A DNA stretch of 64,000 nt, taken from Escherichia coli. Its GTDB lineage: Bacteria > Pseudomonadota > Gammaproteobacteria > Enterobacterales > Enterobacteriaceae. The notes under the pieces are model-generated. The model did no database searches, was not told where the DNA came from, and worked only from the letters and a program-made list of their open reading frames with translations. Every line of letters begins with the position of its first letter. Positions within the stretch are counted from its first letter, which is position 1. A program made the position numbers and the translations under genes. Below are positions 41,427 through 55,049 of the stretch, piece after piece. Where the stretch lies: the NCBI RefSeq assembly GCF_048403405.1, contig NZ_CP183129.1; one strand, 5' to 3'.

Positions 41427-42389
41427 GTGATGATCAAAACGCGTTTTTCTCGCTGGCTAACGTTTTTTACGTTCGCCGCTGCCGTGGCGCTGGCGCTACC
41501 GGCAAAAGCCAACACCTGGCCGCTGCCGCCAGCGGGCAGTCGTCTGGTTGGCGAAAACAAATTTCATGTGGTGGAAAATGACGGTGGTTCTCTGGAAGCC
41601 ATCGCCAAAAAATATAACGTCGGCTTTCTCGCTCTGTTACAGGCTAACCCCGGCGTTGATCCTTACGTACCGCGCGCGGGCAGCGTGTTAACGATCCCGT
41701 TGCAAACCCTACTTCCAGATGCGCCGCGCGAAGGCATTGTGATCAATATTGCGGAGCTGCGTCTCTATTACTACCCGCCGGGTAAAAATTCGGTAACCGT
41801 GTATCCAATAGGTATTGGTCAGTTGGGTGGTGACACGCTGACACCGACAATGGTGACCACCGTTTCAGACAAACGAGCAAACCCAACCTGGACGCCAACG
41901 GCAAACATCCGCGCCCGTTATAAAGCACAGGGAATTGAGTTGCCTGCGGTAGTGCCGGCTGGACCGGATAATCCAATGGGCCATCATGCGATTCGTCTGG
42001 CGGCCTATGGCGGCGTTTATTTGCTTCATGGTACGAACGCCGATTTCGGCATTGGCATGCGGGTAAGTTCTGGCTGTATTCGTCTGCGTGATGACGATAT
42101 CAAAACACTCTTTAGCCAGGTCACCCCAGGCACCAAAGTGAATATCATCAACACTCCGATAAAAGTCTCTGCCGAACCAAACGGTGCGCGTCTGGTTGAA
42201 GTACATCAGCCGCTGTCAGAGAAGATTGATGACGATCCGCAGCTGCTGCCAATTACGCTGAATAGCGCAATGCAATCATTTAAAGATGCAGCACAAACTG
42301 ACGCTGAAGTGATGCAACATGTGATGGATGTCCGTTCCGGGATGCCGGTGGATGTCCGCCGTCATCAAGTGAGCCCACAAACTCTGTAA
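41427..42389 (+). CDS. ldtC: L,D-transpeptidase LdtC (YcfS)
   Basis: LysM plus YkuD domain (…HGTN…SSGCIRL); start among TTG 41424/GTG 41427/ATG 41430. Confidence 0.9.
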   Translation: MMIKTRFSRWLTFFTFAAAVALALPAKANTWPLPPAGSRLVGENKFHVVENDGGSLEAIAKKYNVGFLALLQANPGVDPYVPRAGSVLTIPLQTLLPDAPREGIVINIAELRLYYYPPGKNSVTVYPIGIGQLGGDTLTPTMVTTVSDKRANPTWTPTANIRARYKAQGIELPAVVPAGPDNPMGHHAIRLAAYGGVYLLHGTNADFGIGMRVSSGCIRLRDDDIKTLFSQVTPGTKVNIINTPIKVSAEPNGARLVEVHQPLSEKIDDDPQLLPITLNSAMQSFKDAAQTDAEVMQHVMDVRSGMPVDVRRHQVSPQTL

Positions 42390-42398
42390 ATCCTGGAT

Positions 42399-42433
42399 AA
42401 AAAAAATCCCCGCGACACGGCATGTCGCGGGGA
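42399..42433 (-). terminator. Rho-independent terminator for bhsA
   Basis: TCCCCGCGACA…TGTCGCGGGGA stem with U-run on minus strand. Confidence 0.6.
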
Positions 42434-42471
42434 AAAAATCAGCAGTAGCAGGCATTAATGAGGGTTAATGC

Positions 42472-42729
42472 TTATTTATAAATTACTGCTGTTCCATGGA
42501 GGGTATTTGGACCGGTTACAGAAGTAATACGGAATGATTTTGCGCCCATCTCATCCGCTTTTTGCGCCAGCTGCTCTTCCAGCGATCCCAGATTTGTCCC
42601 CGCGTTAGCACTGATAGTACCGACTTTTTGTTGGCCTTCTGGCGTTGACTGAACTTCGACAGCCGCAAAGCTGGCAAATGACATTGAGCTTAAAATCGCC
42701 GCAGCGATGAGGGTTTTTACGTTTTTCAT
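42472..42729 (-). CDS. bhsA: Multiple stress resistance protein BhsA (YcfR)
   Basis: 85 aa with signal peptide. Confidence 0.9.
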   Translation of the reverse strand: MKNVKTLIAAAILSSMSFASFAAVEVQSTPEGQQKVGTISANAGTNLGSLEEQLAQKADEMGAKSFRITSVTGPNTLHGTAVIYK

Positions 42730-42989
42730 AATAGTGGCCTTATGCAGATGAATGACGTCGCAAGCAATTACTTAACGATCGATAACTAAATGATAGATGT
42801 GATCTGGATCACATACAAGATATTTTTTATAACAATCATTAATTAATTTAAAAATCTTTAAATTTCAGTTAAATAGAAAGCAATTATTTTTATGGGATCT
42901 GGACTGGTGAACGGAGGTGATTATTTTTATAATAACCTTTCATTCACAGTCACCAGGTACAACGGCATCATGGCAACTGACTCAACACA

Positions 42990-43601
42990 ATGTGTAAAAA
43001 AAGCCGTGGCCGCCCAAAAGTGTTCGACAGGGATGCCGCGCTTGATAAGGCCATGAAATTGTTCTGGCAACACGGTTATGAAGCGACTTCTCTTGCGGAC
43101 CTCGTCGAAGCGACCGGAGCCAAAGCGCCCACGCTATACGCGGAATTTACCAACAAAGAGGGGTTATTTCGCGCCGTACTCGACCGCTATATCGATCATT
43201 TTGCCGCTAAGCATGAAGCACAGCTGTTTTGTGAAGAGAAAAGCGTGGAGACTGCGCTGGCTGACTATTTTGCTGCCGTCGCCAACTGCTTTACCAGCAA
43301 AGACACCCCGGCTGGCTGCTTTATGATCAACAACTGCACCACCCTCTCCCCGGATTCCGGAGATATCGGCAATACGCTGAAATCACGCCATGCGATGCAA
43401 GAGCGCACTTTGCAGCAGTTTTTATGTCAACGACAAGCGCGCGGGGAAATCCCGACCCACTGTGACGTGACGCATCTGGCAGAATTCCTTAATTGTATTA
43501 TTCAGGGGATGTCGATCAGCGCACGCGAAGGTGCATCGCTGGAAAAACTGATGCAGATTGCCCGAACGACTTTGCGTTTATGGCCCGAACTGGTGAAATA
43601 A
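42990..43601 (+). CDS. comR: TetR-family repressor ComR (YcfQ); N-terminus possibly altered by a 1-nt deletion
   Basis: 203-aa ORF from ATG 42990; upstream ATG 42970 is out of frame by one base across an A7 run. Confidence 0.85.
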   Translation: MCKKSRGRPKVFDRDAALDKAMKLFWQHGYEATSLADLVEATGAKAPTLYAEFTNKEGLFRAVLDRYIDHFAAKHEAQLFCEEKSVETALADYFAAVANCFTSKDTPAGCFMINNCTTLSPDSGDIGNTLKSRHAMQERTLQQFLCQRQARGEIPTHCDVTHLAEFLNCIIQGMSISAREGASLEKLMQIARTTLRLWPELVK

Positions 43602-43606
43602 GGCGC

Positions 43607-43640
43607 AAAAAAAGCCCCTCAGCCTGAGCGAATGAGGGGC
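43607..43640 (-). terminator. Terminator for ycfJ
   Basis: GCCCCTC…GAGGGGC stem followed by U-run on minus strand. Confidence 0.5.
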
Positions 43641-43662
43641 TAAATTGCAGAGTACAGCCTTG

Positions 43663-44202
43663 TTATACTTTGTTATTCAAAATCAGTTGCCCGTTGCTAT
43701 CTAGCGGGATCTGCGTACCCGGATCGCGGTCCATGCGGATTTTGCCCTGCTGATCGCCAATCTTATAGGTCACATCATAACCGAGCATTTTTTCTGACTT
43801 GTCATACACCGTTTTACAACGCTGTTGCGTAGTCGTGTAAGTATCGCTTTCCTGGAGAGAGCCCTGGATCTGGTTACCGGCATAGCCACCTCCCAGCGCC
43901 CCCACAACAGTGGCGACATCTTTACCGCGACCACCGCCAAACTGATGCCCTATCACGCCGCCAGCAACAGCGCCGAGCACCGACCCGGTAATGCGATTTT
44001 CATCCTGCACCGGTCGACGATGGGTCACTGTGACGTTGCGACACTCCTGACGCGGTGTTTTAACCGTTTCCTTGATTGGGGTTGCAGAAACAACCTGAGC
44101 GTATTGCGGGCCCCGTTCAAACACGTTCAGACTGGCCACTGCCGCTACGCCCAGCGCAGCTGCGACACCAATCCCGATACCCGCCAACATTGATTTATTC
44201 AC
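43663..44202 (-). CDS. ycfJ: Glycine-zipper outer-membrane-associated protein YcfJ
   Basis: Start at MNKSMLAGIGIGVAAALG (179 aa). Confidence 0.85.
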   Translation of the reverse strand: MNKSMLAGIGIGVAAALGVAAVASLNVFERGPQYAQVVSATPIKETVKTPRQECRNVTVTHRRPVQDENRITGSVLGAVAGGVIGHQFGGGRGKDVATVVGALGGGYAGNQIQGSLQESDTYTTTQQRCKTVYDKSEKMLGYDVTYKIGDQQGKIRMDRDPGTQIPLDSNGQLILNNKV

Positions 44203-44309
44203 GGGAACACCTCCTTCTTTGCTGTTATGCCAATCATGCAAGCGAAGGAGAAAAGCAGCTATCAGACAGAAGATGAAAAGCGCGGGAATGGCTGGAAATA
44301 CTTAGGGAT

Positions 44310-44428
<119 letters not shown>

Positions 44429-44435
<7 letters not shown>

Positions 44436-45733
44436 AACTTCAAACGTGGACGGATAACGCGGTTAATACTCCCCACCAGCATCATTAATCCGGTTTTAAA
44501 GTAACCATGCAGCGCAATCTGATGCATTCTGTACAGCGAGATGTATACAAAGCGCGCAATTCGTCCTTCAATCATCATTGAGCCGCGCGTCAGGTTACCC
44601 ATCAGGCTACCGACGGTGGAGAAGTTCGACAGCGATACCAGAGAACCGTGATCTTTATACTGATAATTTTTCAGCGGCTTACCATTCATCTGCGCCAGAA
44701 TGTTGTTCATTGCGCAGGTTGCCATCTGGTGTGCGGCCTGCGCACGCGGCGGAACAAAGCCCCCTTCCGGACGCGGGCATGACGCGCAATCGCCAATAGC
44801 GTAAATGTCTGGATCGCGAGTGGTTTGCAGCGTCGGTTCCACCACCAGCTGGTTGATACGGTTGGTTTCAAGACCACCGATATCTTTCAGGAAGTCTGGC
44901 GCTTTGATCCCGGCTGCCCACACCATCAGATCAGCCTCAATATATTCGCCATCTTTAGTATGCAGGCCGCCTTCATCAGCACTGGTGACCATGGTTTGCG
45001 TCAGCACGCGAACGCCAAGTTTCGTTAACTCATTATGGGCCGCAGCAGAGATACGTGGCGGTAATGCAGGCAAAATACGTTCGCCCGCTTCTACCAGCGT
45101 TACGTTCAGGGCTTCGTTGGTCAGACCTTTATAGCCGTAGCTGTGCAGTTGCTTGACCGCGTTGTGCAATTCAGCGGAGAGTTCTACACCCGTCGCGCCG
45201 CCACCGACAATCGCAATGTTCACTTTGCCATTCGCGCCCAGGTTGGCGGAGTATTTCAGGAACAGATTCAGCATCTCCTGGTGGAAGCGACGCGCCTGGT
45301 GCGGGTTATCGAGGAAAATGCAGTTCTCTTTGACACCTGGTGTATTGAAATCGTTAGAGGTGCTACCCAGCGCCATTACCAGAGTGTCATAGGCGATTTT
45401 ACGTTCCGGAACCAGCAGTTCACCTTTCTCGTCGCGCAGTTCTGCAATAGTGATTGTTTTCGCTTCACGATCAATATCAATGACGGAACCCAGCTGGAAC
45501 TGGAAACCATGATTGCGCGCATGGGCCAGATAGCTCAACGCATCGACGCCTTCATCAAGCGAGCCAGTCGCTACTTCGTGCAGCAGCGGTTTCCACAGGT
45601 GGCTGTGGTTACGATCGACCAGCGTAATTTTGGCTTTTTTCTTGCGTCCCAGCTTATGCCCCAGCTGTGTTGCCATTTCCAGCCCACCAGCACCGCCGCC
45701 GACAATCACAATTTTTTTCAATGGCGTAGTCAA
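44429..45733 (-). CDS. ndh: NADH dehydrogenase II
   Basis: TTG start at 45733 ([17 protein letters not shown]…) gives 434 aa. Confidence 0.9.
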
Positions 45734-45994
45734 CGTGACCCCCTTAAATTTATTAACCAATTGTTAATTAATGGTTATTAGCATAGCTCTTAATTAACAA
45801 CAGGTTACAGCAATGAAAATGTTCTTCGCTAATGAGAATAACATGAATGGTGCATTGGTCATACCAAAATTGATGTTAATCAAGTTTTGTTGCTGAAAAG
45901 ATAGGCGACTTTACCGGGTGAGATCAAAAAACAGAGTTTGTTGTTTATTATTTGAGCGAATTTGTGAGAGTGATATAGAGTGAGGTGTGTATGG

Positions 45995-46125
<131 letters not shown>

Positions 46126-46132
46126 AGGGCAT

Positions 46133-46675
46133 TTACCCGAGGGTTTTGAACGCTTTAATGCGCTGCAAATGCGGGGAGATATTCTTGAATTTGTGCGTCT
46201 GCTCTTCGTCCCAGACAATCTCGTAATAATGATGCAGCTCTTCAGATGTCCGCTGGCTGTTAAGCGCTTCATCATTACGCGACAAAATCACCAGGCAACG
46301 ATCGCGATTCTTCTCACGGAAGTTGGTCACACACTTAGTGGCAATATCGGCATACTCTTCCGGGCGATCAATCTTGCCTTCCATGTTCTCATAAGGGAAC
46401 AAATTAGGGTTGAAGATCACCTGGCGGATATCGCAAAGAAAACCAATCCGTTCCGCCCAGTATCCGCCCAGACCAACGCCGCAAATCAGCGGACGCTCGT
46501 CGACGTTCAGTTGCAACATTTTGTCCACTTCTTTGAGCAGATGCTGCATATCATGTTTCGGATGCCGCGTACTGTAGCTTATCAAGCGTACATCCGGGTC
46601 AATAAACTGCAATTGTAAGACTTTCTCGTGGTTACCCGGACTGTTAGAGTCAAAACCGTGTAAATAGATAATCAT
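46133..46675 (-). CDS. ycfP: Alpha/beta hydrolase YcfP
   Basis: Start at [14 protein letters not shown] (180 aa). Confidence 0.85.
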
Positions 46676-46697
46676 CGCTTCCTCACATAAGCCAGGG

Positions 46698-48538
<1,841 letters not shown>

Positions 48539-48558
<20 letters not shown>

Positions 48559-49183
48559 CTTTACCTGACCAGATAATTTCGCCCGTCTGCACCAGCATCA
48601 GCTGCATTTGTAGGGTCGGAGCGTTAACGTTGCCAGAGGCGCTGGAGTACAGCACGTAATGAGCGCCGACATTGCGGGCAATGCCTATGGCTTTACTACG
48701 GGTGCCTAAACTGTCCTGCGGCGACAAACCTAACTGTTGCTTTGCCATCGACAGCTGCTGGGCGGAAACCAGGGTAAATTTACCGTTATTAGCCAGCGCA
48801 TTTCGCAGCGTTTCGGTCGCTTCTGCGGCATTCAGCGAACCGTTAGTACGGTTGTTAACGCTATCAACCAGCAGGACGCTACCCGCAGTCACGCCGTCAG
48901 CCCCAAGCATCTTACTGACCATCGGCTGCATTGCGCCATTCCAGTCATAATGGCGAATATGCGGCGCAGGCGGCGCCGTTTGATCTTCGTGCTCAATTGG
49001 GCCTGGCTGCTGCGGTATCGTCGGCACCGATGGCACTGTGGGGACAGGCTGTTGCGGCTCGGCTGGTTGTTCCGGCGCTGGTTTCACTTCTTCTACCGGT
49101 GCAGGTTCACGTTGCCCCACACACCCGGCGAGAAACATCGCCAGCGCGGTAATCAAGGCGTAGCGACTCATTTTTGTCATCAA
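48539..49183 (-). CDS. lpoB: PBP1b activator lipoprotein LpoB
   Basis: Lipobox LAGC; Pro-rich linker. Confidence 0.9.
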
Positions 49184-49193
49184 GATTCACCCC

Positions 49194-49571
49194 TTACAAA
49201 TATAGATAAAGTCTGACTTTGTGCGCCCCCAGAAAATTGGCGCTGCCGTACAGCGTTACCGCCGAATGTGCGGGAATGGTAACGCTGCGTGGCCTTTCCA
49301 GAGGATGCATCTCCAGCCCTCTGGCGTCATACCAGTAAAAACGATAATGAACGGTAACGGGTTCTTGCCTTTCGTTATAAAGCGTTGAGGATGCTGAAGG
49401 TTGAATATCAGACGTCGAAAGGACGGGCTTTTCTGCACTGATGCCCGCAGCCAATAAAGATGACTCCATCACCAGCGATTGCTCATCATTCACCGGAATT
49501 TCCGGATGTGAACGACAGCCCACCAGCACTAACAACGCCAGAGACACCAGCCCAAAGCATCCTTTTCTCAT
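49194..49571 (-). CDS. ycfL: Lipoprotein YcfL
   Basis: 125 aa, lipobox LVGC. Confidence 0.85.
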   Translation of the reverse strand: MRKGCFGLVSLALLVLVGCRSHPEIPVNDEQSLVMESSLLAAGISAEKPVLSTSDIQPSASSTLYNERQEPVTVHYRFYWYDARGLEMHPLERPRSVTIPAHSAVTLYGSANFLGAHKVRLYLYL

Positions 49572-49573
49572 CG

Positions 49574-49933
49574 TTACAGACCTTTATGCGCCAGCATTGG
49601 TCCCAGCGGACGGCCACCCAACAAGTGCATATGGATGTGGTAAACCTCTTGTCCGCCGTGGCGGTTGGTGTTCATGATCAGACGATAGCCATCTTCGGCA
49701 ATACCTTCTTGCTCAGCAATTTTTGCCGCTACGGTGATCATGCGTCCCAGCGCCTGCTCATGCTCAGCAGACACGTCGTTCACAGTCGGAATGAGGATAT
49801 TTGGAATGATCAGAATATGCGTTGGCGCTTGCGGCGAAATATCGCGAAACGCCGTTACCAGATCATCCTGGTAGACGATATCGGAGGGGATCTCACGACG
49901 AATAATTTTGCTAAATATAGTTTCTTCTGCCAC
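49574..49933 (-). CDS. hinT: Purine nucleoside phosphoramidase HinT (HIT family)
   Basis: GTG start 49933; [12 protein letters not shown] motif. Confidence 0.9.
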   Translation of the reverse strand: MAEETIFSKIIRREIPSDIVYQDDLVTAFRDISPQAPTHILIIPNILIPTVNDVSAEHEQALGRMITVAAKIAEQEGIAEDGYRLIMNTNRHGGQEVYHIHMHLLGGRPLGPMLAHKGL

Positions 49934-50266
49934 GACATTTTCCTTTTTCAAATAGCCATGCGTTGCGCCATGCTACGCCGCGCCACACTGCGAGTATAGA
50001 GTATGGTCGAGTTAAACCTGCTCTTTCAACCTTAACTCACGATTTCTTAAGCAAAAAATCGTTTTGCTGCCGTATATATCGCCATTATTCCCATTTCTGC
50101 CTGCGAATGCGCTGAAAAGACATTCTTTGTTTGGTTTACACGTCAAATATGAATGCGTATATTTCTCATTTGCATTTACATGCAAAATTATTCGCACACT
50201 AAATATAACCGCTCATCACCCTGCTCCGGCATGAGCCTGACGACAACATAAACCAAGAGATTTCAG

Positions 50267-52456
50267 ATGCTTTCAACACAATTTAACAGGGATAATCAAT
50301 ATCAAACCACCTCCAAGCCGTCACTGCTTGCCGCCTGCATAGCACTGGCACTCTTACCTTCCGCCGCTTTTGCTGCACCAGCCACTGAAGAAACGGTGAT
50401 TGTTGAGGGTTCAGCCACTACTCCAGTTGATGACGAAAATGATTACAGCGTAACGTCTACCTCTGCGGGTACCAAAATGCAGATGACTCAACGTGATATT
50501 CCTCAGTCGGTCACTATTGTTAGCCAGCAGCGGATGGAAGATCAGCAGTTACAAACGCTGGGCGAAGTGATGGAAAACACGCTGGGGATCAGCAAAAGTC
50601 AGGCGGATTCCGATCGTGCTCTTTATTATTCCCGCGGATTCCAGATCGATAACTATATGGTTGATGGTATCCCCACCTATTTTGAATCGCGCTGGAATCT
50701 GGGCGACGCACTTTCTGATATGGCACTGTTTGAACGCGTAGAAGTTGTGCGTGGCGCGACAGGCCTCATGACCGGGACGGGTAATCCATCTGCGGCAATT
50801 AATATGGTTCGAAAACACGCGACCAGTCGTGAATTTAAAGGCGATGTCTCGGCGGAATACGGTAGCTGGAACAAAGAACGGTATGTGGCGGATATACAAA
50901 GCCCACTCACCGAAGATGGTAAAATCCGCGCACGAATTGTCGGCGGCTACCAGAATAACGACTCATGGCTGGACCGCTACAACAGTGAAAAGACCTTCTT
51001 CTCCGGCATTGTCGATGCTGATTTAGGCGATCTTACGATGCTTTCAGCCGGTTACGAATATCAGCGTATTGATGTTAATAGCCCAACCTGGGGCGGTTTA
51101 CCGCGCTGGAATACTGATGGCAGCAGCAACAGTTACGATCGCGCACGCAGTACCGCACCTGACTGGGCGTACAACGATAAAGAGATCAACAAGGTCTTTA
51201 TGACCCTGAAGCAGCGGTTTGCTGATACCTGGCAAGCGACACTGAATGCCACCCACTCCGAAGTCGAATTTGACAGCAAAATGATGTATGTCGATGCCTA
51301 TGTAAACAAAGCGGATGGTATGCTGGTTGGGCCATACAGTAATTATGGACCTGGCTTTGATTATGTCGGCGGCACCGGTTGGAACAGCGGCAAACGTAAA
51401 GTTGATGCGCTGGATTTGTTCGCTGACGGTAGTTATGAATTGTTTGGTCGTCAGCACAATCTAATGTTTGGTGGCAGTTACAGCAAACAAAACAATCGTT
51501 ACTTCAGTTCATGGGCCAACATCTTCCCGGATGAAATTGGCAGTTTCTACAACTTTAATGGCAATTTCCCACAAACCGACTGGTCACCACAGAGTCTGGC
51601 GCAGGACGATACCACACATATGAAATCGTTATATGCTGCCACTCGTGTCACCCTTGCCGATCCGCTGCATCTGATCCTCGGCGCACGTTATACCAACTGG
51701 CGGGTTGATACGCTGACTTACAGCATGGAGAAAAACCACACCACGCCTTATGCTGGTTTGGTATTTGACATCAATGACAACTGGTCGACCTACGCCAGCT
51801 ATACCTCTATTTTCCAGCCGCAAAATGATCGTGACAGTTCAGGCAAATATCTGGCTCCAATCACCGGTAACAACTACGAGCTGGGTCTGAAATCGGACTG
51901 GATGAATAGCCGTCTGACCACCACGTTAGCCATCTTCCGTATTGAGCAGGATAATGTCGCTCAGTCCACCGGTACACCTATCCCCGGCAGCAACGGCGAA
52001 ACCGCCTATAAAGCGGTGGATGGGACAGTCAGTAAAGGTGTGGAATTTGAACTCAACGGCGCAATTACCGACAACTGGCAGCTGACGTTTGGCGCAACGC
52101 GCTATATTGCAGAGGATAACGAAGGAAACGCCGTTAATCCTAATCTGCCACGCACCACGGTTAAAATGTTCACCAGCTACCGGTTGCCTGTCATGCCAGA
52201 GTTGACGGTCGGCGGTGGTGTTAACTGGCAAAATCGCGTGTATACCGACACCGTGACACCGTATGACACCTTCCGCGCCGAGCAAGGTAGCTACGCGCTG
52301 GTGGATCTCTTCACCCGCTACCAGGTGACGAAAAACTTCTCGTTACAGGGGAACGTCAATAACCTGTTCGACAAAACCTACGATACCAACGTGGAAGGTT
52401 CTATCGTCTACGGCGCACCGCGTAATTTCAGCATTACCGGCACGTATCAATTCTGA
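50267..52456 (+). CDS. fhuE: TonB-dependent ferric-coprogen/rhodotorulic acid receptor FhuE
   Basis: 729 aa, signal peptide, TonB box region, C-terminal …TGTYQF. Confidence 0.95.
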   Translation: MLSTQFNRDNQYQTTSKPSLLAACIALALLPSAAFAAPATEETVIVEGSATTPVDDENDYSVTSTSAGTKMQMTQRDIPQSVTIVSQQRMEDQQLQTLGEVMENTLGISKSQADSDRALYYSRGFQIDNYMVDGIPTYFESRWNLGDALSDMALFERVEVVRGATGLMTGTGNPSAAINMVRKHATSREFKGDVSAEYGSWNKERYVADIQSPLTEDGKIRARIVGGYQNNDSWLDRYNSEKTFFSGIVDADLGDLTMLSAGYEYQRIDVNSPTWGGLPRWNTDGSSNSYDRARSTAPDWAYNDKEINKVFMTLKQRFADTWQATLNATHSEVEFDSKMMYVDAYVNKADGMLVGPYSNYGPGFDYVGGTGWNSGKRKVDALDLFADGSYELFGRQHNLMFGGSYSKQNNRYFSSWANIFPDEIGSFYNFNGNFPQTDWSPQSLAQDDTTHMKSLYAATRVTLADPLHLILGARYTNWRVDTLTYSMEKNHTTPYAGLVFDINDNWSTYASYTSIFQPQNDRDSSGKYLAPITGNNYELGLKSDWMNSRLTTTLAIFRIEQDNVAQSTGTPIPGSNGETAYKAVDGTVSKGVEFELNGAITDNWQLTFGATRYIAEDNEGNAVNPNLPRTTVKMFTSYRLPVMPELTVGGGVNWQNRVYTDTVTPYDTFRAEQGSYALVDLFTRYQVTKNFSLQGNVNNLFDKTYDTNVEGSIVYGAPRNFSITGTYQF

Positions 52457-52467
52457 ATAACACCTGT

Positions 52468-52491
52468 AAAAAAGGCAGCCATCCGGCTGCC
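52468..52491 (-). terminator. Terminator for ptsG
   Basis: GGCAGCC-ATCC-GGCTGCC stem with U-run on minus strand. Confidence 0.6.
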
Positions 52492-52515
52492 TTAGTCTCC
52501 CCAACGTCTTACGGA

Positions 52516-53949
52516 TTAGTGGTTACGGATGTACTCATCCATCTCGGTTTTCAGGTTATCGGATTTAGTACCGAAAATCGCCTGAACACCAGAACCAGCA
52601 ACCACTACGCCCGCTGCGCCCAGTTTCTTCAGGCCAGCCTGATCCACTTTAGACACATCAGCAACGCTGACGCGCAGACGGGTAATACATGCGTCGAGGT
52701 TAGTAATGTTTTCTTTACCACCAAATGCAGCAACCAGAGCCGGTGCCATTTCGCTGGTACCTGTCGCTTTTGCATCTTCAGTCGCATCTTCACGACCCGG
52801 CGTTTTCAGATCCAGTGCTTTAATCAGCACGCGGAAGATGGTGTAGTAAACAATCGCATAACCGATACCGACGATCGGGAACAGCCACAGTTTGCTGCTG
52901 TTACCAGACAGAACGATGAAGTCGATCAGACCGTGCGAGAACGACGTACCGTCACGCATCCCCAGAAGAATACAGATTGGGAATGCCAGGCCTGCCAGAA
53001 TCGCGTGGATGATGTACAGGATCGGCGCAACGAACATGAAGGAGAACTCGATCGGCTCGGTGATACCGGTCAGGAACGAGGTCAGCGCCGCGGAGATCAT
53101 AATACCGCCCACTTTCGCGCGGTTTTCTGGTTTAGCAGAGTGCCAGATAGCAATTGCGGCAGCTGGCAGACCGTACATTTTGAACAGGAAGCCACCAGAC
53201 AGTTTACCCGCAGTCGGGTCACCCGCCATATAACGCGGAATGTCGCCGTGGAAAACCTGACCTGCTGCGTTGGTGTATTCACCAATTTGCATCTGGAAAG
53301 GTACGTTCCAGATGTGGTGCAGACCAAACGGTACCAGGCAACGTTCGATGAAACCGTAAATGCCAAACGCAACTACCGGGTTCTGGTAAGCAGCCCACTG
53401 AGAGAAGGTCTGGATTGCAGAACCAATCGGCGGCCAAATGAAGGACAGCACAACGCCAGTAAAGATGGCAGCCAGGCCAGAAATGATCGGCACAAAGCGT
53501 TTACCGGCAAAGAAGCCAAGATACTCAGGCAGCTTAATACGGTAGAAACGGTTAAACATGTACGCTGCGATCGCACCGGAGATAATCCCTCCGAGTACGC
53601 CAGTATCCGCCAGGTGTTTAGAGGCGATTTCTTCAGCAGGTAAATGCAGTACCAGTGGCGCAACCACGGCCATGGTTTTAACCATGATGCCATAGGCAAC
53701 AACTGCGGCCAGCGCGGATACGCCATCGTTATTGGTAAAGCCGAGGGCGACACCGATCGCAAAAATCAGTGGCATGTTTGCAAAGACGGAACCGCCTGCT
53801 TCTGCCATAACATGCGATACAACGGCGGGCAGCCAGCTGAAATTCGCGGAACCGACGCCCAGCAGAATACCTGCGATAGGCAGTACGGATACCGGCAGCA
53901 TCAGCGATTTACCGACCTTTTGCAGGTTAGCAAATGCATTCTTAAACAT
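52516..53949 (-). CDS. ptsG: Glucose-specific PTS enzyme IICB
   Basis: 477 aa. Confidence 0.95.
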
Positions 53950-54241
53950 AATTGAGAGTGCTCCTGAGTATGGGTGCTTTTTTACGTTCTCACGCGTGGC
54001 AAGGGGGAGAGCCTCGCCGTGTACAGGGCATCTAAGCGCCCTTTATTTATTACACAGAGTAAAATAATTCAGTGCCGATTTGTTTGACGGCTATCACGTT
54101 TCAACTTCAGATCATTGGAGAAGTTGCACATTTTGACAAAACATATGTCACAATATTTCAAACGTGGTTATTCACCGCCCAATTTTCGGCGGTGAACTTT
54201 ACTCGTTTTAGCCATTAATTACGAGCTTTAAAAAAACTCAT

Positions 54242-55039
54242 TCAACGGATGGATTGAAGGCGGGAAGCGTCGATGTGAAACAGACGGGCGAAGTTATCGG
54301 TGGTTACCTGCGCCAGTTCTTCAACGGCAACACCTTTCAACACAGCCATGTATTCTGCAACGTCACGAACCATCGCAGGTTGATTCTCTTTTCCTCGATG
54401 CGGCACCGGTGCAAGGTAAGGTGAGTCAGTTTCTACCAGTAACCGATCCAGGGGGACATAACGCGCAGCATCGCGCAGTTGCTCCGCATTACGGAAGGTC
54501 ACAATGCCGGAAAAGGAGATGTAAAATCCGAGATCCAGTAATTTACCCGCCGTTTCTCTGTCCTCTGTAAAACAGTGTAGTACGCCACCGCAATCCGTCA
54601 CTTTTTCTTCGCGCAGAATTGCCAGCGTATCGGCGCGGGCGTCACGGGTATGGACGATAACCGGCTTGTTCAGTTCACGACCAATCTGGATATGATGGAT
54701 GAAGGACTCTTGCTGCCGTACTTTAGTTTCCGGCGTGTAATAATAATCCAACCCGGTTTCACCCAGCGCAACAACGCCCTCTTCTGCCGCCAGACGGCGT
54801 AAATCTTCTACATCGTAGGGATCATTCTGGTTGAGTGGATGCACGCCACAAGAAAATACGACGTTGTCACGTTCGCCTACCAGATCCCGCATGTGTAAAT
54901 AACCCGGTAATGTTGTGGCGACTGCCAGACAAAATTTCACATCGCGTGCGGCGGCTTTCGCCAGAACGTCATCCACGTCCTTATGCAAAGATTCATAATC
55001 CAGACCATCGAGATGGCAGTGTGAGTCGACTAAAAACAT
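54242..55039 (-). CDS. ycfH: TatD-family metal-dependent hydrolase YcfH
   Basis: Start at [11 protein letters not shown] (265 aa). Confidence 0.9.
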
Positions 55040-55049
55040 GATGTCTCTC

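Noticed and set aside
45143-45781. 212-aa plus-strand ORF
   Set aside because: Antisense to ndh
50100-50266. Fur box upstream of fhuE
   Set aside because: Expected biologically, but I could not pick out a convincing 19-bp Fur consensus match by eye, so not called as a feature
52519-53643. 374-aa plus-strand ORF
   Set aside because: Antisense to ptsG, which is unambiguous; Arg-rich translation typical of antisense frames
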